NCBI GenBank assembly: GCA_030628155.1
Contig: DAOVRL010000001.1
Coordinates: 2,351 to 66,350, forward strand
From: Sedimentisphaerales bacterium
Lineage (GTDB): Bacteria > Planctomycetota > Phycisphaerae > Sedimentisphaerales > Anaerobacaceae
Direction of reading: 5' to 3'
Length of the DNA stretch: 64,000 nt
The notes below the pieces were generated by a model. That model had not been told where the DNA came from. It saw only the letters and a program-made list of their open reading frames with translations, and made no database searches. The translations under genes and the position numbers were made by a program. Shown here piece by piece: positions 61,297 to 64,000 of this stretch (position 1 is the first letter of the stretch; each line of letters opens with the position of its first letter).

Positions 61297-63123
61297 TCAG
61301 AAGATATTACGCCGAAAGCGACACTTCGCCCGCCAGGCAAAAAGAAATCCGAAGAAGACGTAGACCAGCATACTGATTGCCAGGACAGCGGTTGTGGACC
61401 CGATATCGAGGTTTCCGTCCAACCAGTTGTATCTGAGGCTGCCCAGGTCCGCCCGCGCGTTATACCTGCCGCTGGCCCCGCTTATAATAACCCCGGCCTG
61501 CACCGCAGGATTAGCGAACACGCAAGACTGGGCAATGTACTTGTTGCGACTGACCGCTCCTATCAGTCCGAGCACCGATGGGACAATCACCCAAAGCACA
61601 AAGGCCAGGCCAAACGCAGTCACCACCGCCGAGGTCGTCCGCCTAAAACGCGAGCTGAAATACAGACCGGAACACGTCAGGAACACCACCAGCCAAATAA
61701 CAAGCATAGACAGATGCACCATCGCAATTACGTGGATATATCCCACGAGAACAAACACTACAACGTGTCCGGCCAACAGGAGCCAGACCGGCAGGCATCG
61801 GCGAAATACGGCAACCGCCTTTCCACTAAGTATCCGCCAGTCGTCCATGGACGTCGCCAGCAAAATAGGCCAGGCCCGAGACTCCTTCTCCACTGTGATA
61901 CTGCTCGCAGAAAGAACTATGTGAAATATCATAGCGATCGATACGAACACCACAGTGTAAGAGATATGAGTGAAATTCTCATCGAGGTACCCTTCGTGTG
62001 CCCAGACGGCATAAGTCGCCAGCAGAGCAACAATAGTCACCACAAGCCCAATGAGGCTGTTCCTTCCTTCGACACCCCGAATCAGCGGAGCCCTCAGATC
62101 TTTCCACAGGACCGGTGAGCCCCTTACGCGCCTGACCACGCCGACGGCATCTTCGCTTTGTGCAGGCTCCAAGGACGACTTCCCTCCTCTTCGGCGGCGT
62201 TTGCGCTTTGAAGTATGCTCGAGCTGTCCGACCACCTGCCGCAGCGCCACCTTTCGCACGATACCCGCGCACAGGGCCATCAACAACACCGACAAACCTA
62301 ACATAAATGCACAATGCAGCGGCCAATAGAACCAAGCCACGCCGGCCGGTAAGCCCGGAGACATCAATCCCGCAGTGTTGCGAGAAATCGCGTAAAAAGG
62401 GCTGAAATGTGACAGAACATGCCAGAAAACCGGATAAGAACCCATTTGAGGGCCCCGTCCGAAGATCATCGGCGCCATCAGCACACCGCCGATTATTGTC
62501 GGGAGCAAGCCAAATAAAAAGCCAACGGTGACAGTCGTTTTGATGATGACGACATACGCCCGGCGGTTGTTTATCGAGAAGAATAAACTCAGCGTCCCGG
62601 TGAAGATTGCAGCCGTCAGCGTTATACAAAGGCTCGACAGAACGTAACCCCACGCCACCCCCCCGAAGACGCGGACAATCGCCAGCAGCGGCAGGCTGAT
62701 GGCCAGCAGCAATATCAACTGGAGCAGCTTGCTGCAGACCTTTCCCATGACTATCTGAAAGCCGTTGATCGGGGTCGTCATAAGCAGGCCGAGCGTGCGG
62801 TTGTAGATTTCGTCGCTGATGGACGTACTGAGCATAACAATGGCGATCAACTGCGTCGCGGCGAACTGAAATCCGACTATTGTGCTGATGATGATCTTGC
62901 CGGCCACGGCCATTCGGGACTTCTGAAATGTCGTGGACACTTGAGGCTCGACCACGCTGAGCCAGACAATGACAACAAAGACAGTCAAGAGAATCACGTA
63001 CATAAACCTCAGGAGGTAGTTCCGCTTTCTACGGGCCGAGACGCGGAGCTCCTTGCCAAAGAGTGGGCCGGTCAGCCGGGCGGGGTTGAACAATTTCCAG
63101 AAGCTGGTCAATGCCGTATTCAT
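61297..63123 (-). CDS. internally duplicated ABC-2 permease, paralog P5
   Basis: 608 aa with the same two-half architecture and the longest Arg-rich inter-half linker (KRKRRRRGGK). Confidence 0.8.
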   Translation of the reverse strand: MNTALTSFWKLFNPARLTGPLFGKELRVSARRKRNYLLRFMYVILLTVFVVIVWLSVVEPQVSTTFQKSRMAVAGKIIISTIVGFQFAATQLIAIVMLSTSISDEIYNRTLGLLMTTPINGFQIVMGKVCSKLLQLILLLAISLPLLAIVRVFGGVAWGYVLSSLCITLTAAIFTGTLSLFFSINNRRAYVVIIKTTVTVGFLFGLLPTIIGGVLMAPMIFGRGPQMGSYPVFWHVLSHFSPFYAISRNTAGLMSPGLPAGVAWFYWPLHCAFMLGLSVLLMALCAGIVRKVALRQVVGQLEHTSKRKRRRRGGKSSLEPAQSEDAVGVVRRVRGSPVLWKDLRAPLIRGVEGRNSLIGLVVTIVALLATYAVWAHEGYLDENFTHISYTVVFVSIAMIFHIVLSASSITVEKESRAWPILLATSMDDWRILSGKAVAVFRRCLPVWLLLAGHVVVFVLVGYIHVIAMVHLSMLVIWLVVFLTCSGLYFSSRFRRTTSAVVTAFGLAFVLWVIVPSVLGLIGAVSRNKYIAQSCVFANPAVQAGVIISGASGRYNARADLGSLRYNWLDGNLDIGSTTAVLAISMLVYVFFGFLFAWRAKCRFRRNIF

Positions 63124-63178
63124 AAGCGTTTGTCTTGCCGGGCATTATCGTCGGGGCAGAGTGACTTACCGGCCGCAC

Positions 63179-64000
63179 TTAATGAACTATACCCTTGGTC
63201 AACTGCAGGAACGCATCATCAAGTTTGAGCTGTTCGGGCTGGAGGAAAGTAACATCCAGGCCGCCGTTAACAAGCGTCCGGGCGATAATACCGTCGCCTT
63301 CCTGGTCGTCGCCGAAGGTCACGGAGATGTAGTCGTCGATGACCTGAACCTGGCGTATCTGGGGCAGTGCGGAGAGCAGCTCGACGGCTTTATCCTGATT
63401 ATTGGCCACCTGTACGCGGACCTTGCTTTCAATTCCAAGGCGCGGGCGAATTTCTTCCAAGGTCCCGCTAAAGACCATGCGCCCGTGCTCGATAATGCCG
63501 ACGTGGTCGCAGATTTCCTCGAGCTCGCTGAGGATATGGCTGGAGATCATTATGGTCTTTCCCATGCGCTTGAGCTCGCGGAGCAGCTCCCTGATTTCGA
63601 TCCTCGCACGTGGGTCGAGGCCGCTGGCCGGCTCATCCAGGATCAGCACCTTGGGATCGTGGATGAGCACCCGTGCCAAGCCGAGCCGTTGCTGCATACC
63701 GCGTGAGAGGCTGTCAACTGTGGCGCTTCGCTTGGACTGCAGGTCGGTCAGCTCGAGGACGCCGTCCACGATGGACTTGCGTTTTTTGCGTTCTATTGCA
63801 AAGGCGGCCGCGAAGAACTCAAGGTACTCAAAGACCTTGAGGTCGTCGTAAACGCCCATAAAATCGGGCATATAGCCGACCAGTTTGCGGACCTTTTTGC
63901 CCTTCTTTCTGACATCCAGGCCGTCGATGAAGGCAGTCCCGTGCGTGGGCTCCAGGAGCGTGACGAGAATGCGCATAGTGGTGGTTTTGCCGGCCCCGTT
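63179..64000 (-). CDS. ABC transporter ATP-binding protein (ABC-2 / CcmA-NatA type with a DUF4162-like C-terminal domain), 5' end beyond the window
   Basis: Walker A NGAGKTTT sits at the window edge. Signature LSRGMQQRLGLAR and Walker B LILDEPASGLDP. The listed M at 63976 is internal. Confidence 0.9.
   Translation of the reverse strand, partial: NGAGKTTTMRILVTLLEPTHGTAFIDGLDVRKKGKKVRKLVGYMPDFMGVYDDLKVFEYLEFFAAAFAIERKKRKSIVDGVLELTDLQSKRSATVDSLSRGMQQRLGLARVLIHDPKVLILDEPASGLDPRARIEIRELLRELKRMGKTIMISSHILSELEEICDHVGIIEHGRMVFSGTLEEIRPRLGIESKVRVQVANNQDKAVELLSALPQIRQVQVIDDYISVTFGDDQEGDGIIARTLVNGGLDVTFLQPEQLKLDDAFLQLTKGIVH

Noticed and set aside
1-64000. A search for CRISPR arrays, tRNA or rRNA genes, and transposase, integrase or phage genes.
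   Set aside because: There are no regularly spaced direct repeats; the REP copies are few and irregular. There are no tRNA-like T-arm or acceptor patterns and no recombinase-like ORFs. The only mobile-element-like feature is the non-autonomous element at 48918-49114.

Overview
This is a 64-kb window of a moderately GC-rich bacterial chromosome; hand counts on sampled stretches give about 53% GC. The gene content includes several DUF1080 proteins, Tat-exported Gfo/Idh/MocA and aldo/keto reductases, FG-GAP/VCBS and PEP-CTERM proteins, and LpxI rather than LpxH. That mix resembles the PVC superphylum, probably Planctomycetota, but this is inference only. Layout: (1) 0-12.4 kb holds glycan-degradation and envelope genes: DUF1080 proteins, a MATE exporter, a transglutaminase/TPR protein, a glycoside hydrolase-lyase fusion and an FG-GAP protein. 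(2) 12.6-17.3 kb holds LPS core genes: GT9, lpxD, lpxI and a tandem Kdo/WaaP-type kinase. (3) 17.4-31.4 kb is a one-strand polysaccharide cluster of about 14 kb: rfbA-rfbD-rfbB, GT2/GT4/CgeB-like transferases, methyltransferases, a carbamoyltransferase with SxtJ- and SxtK-like partners, and an AT-rich sub-island. (4) 31.5-42.5 kb holds sugar catabolism genes: SDR, Zn-ADH, GH38 mannosidase, a URO-D family protein, a Na+/solute symporter, a PQQ-propeller protein and a PEP-CTERM protein. (5) 43.1-47.9 kb is lexA - REP cluster - DUF72 - dnaE2-like polymerase. (6) 48-53 kb holds periplasmic redox and sugar genes plus a MITE-like structured element. (7) 53-64 kb is an operon of five tandem paralogous, internally duplicated ABC-2 permeases flanked by two different ABC ATPases. 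I found no rRNA, tRNA, CRISPR array, transposase or integrase. The best candidates for something undescribed are the five-permease ABC array, the lexA/DUF72/dnaE2 module with a perfect palindromic operator candidate and no imuA/imuB, and the Tat-exported aldo/keto reductase coupled to a tetraheme cytochrome c. All functional calls rest on motif recognition by eye; no database search was run.
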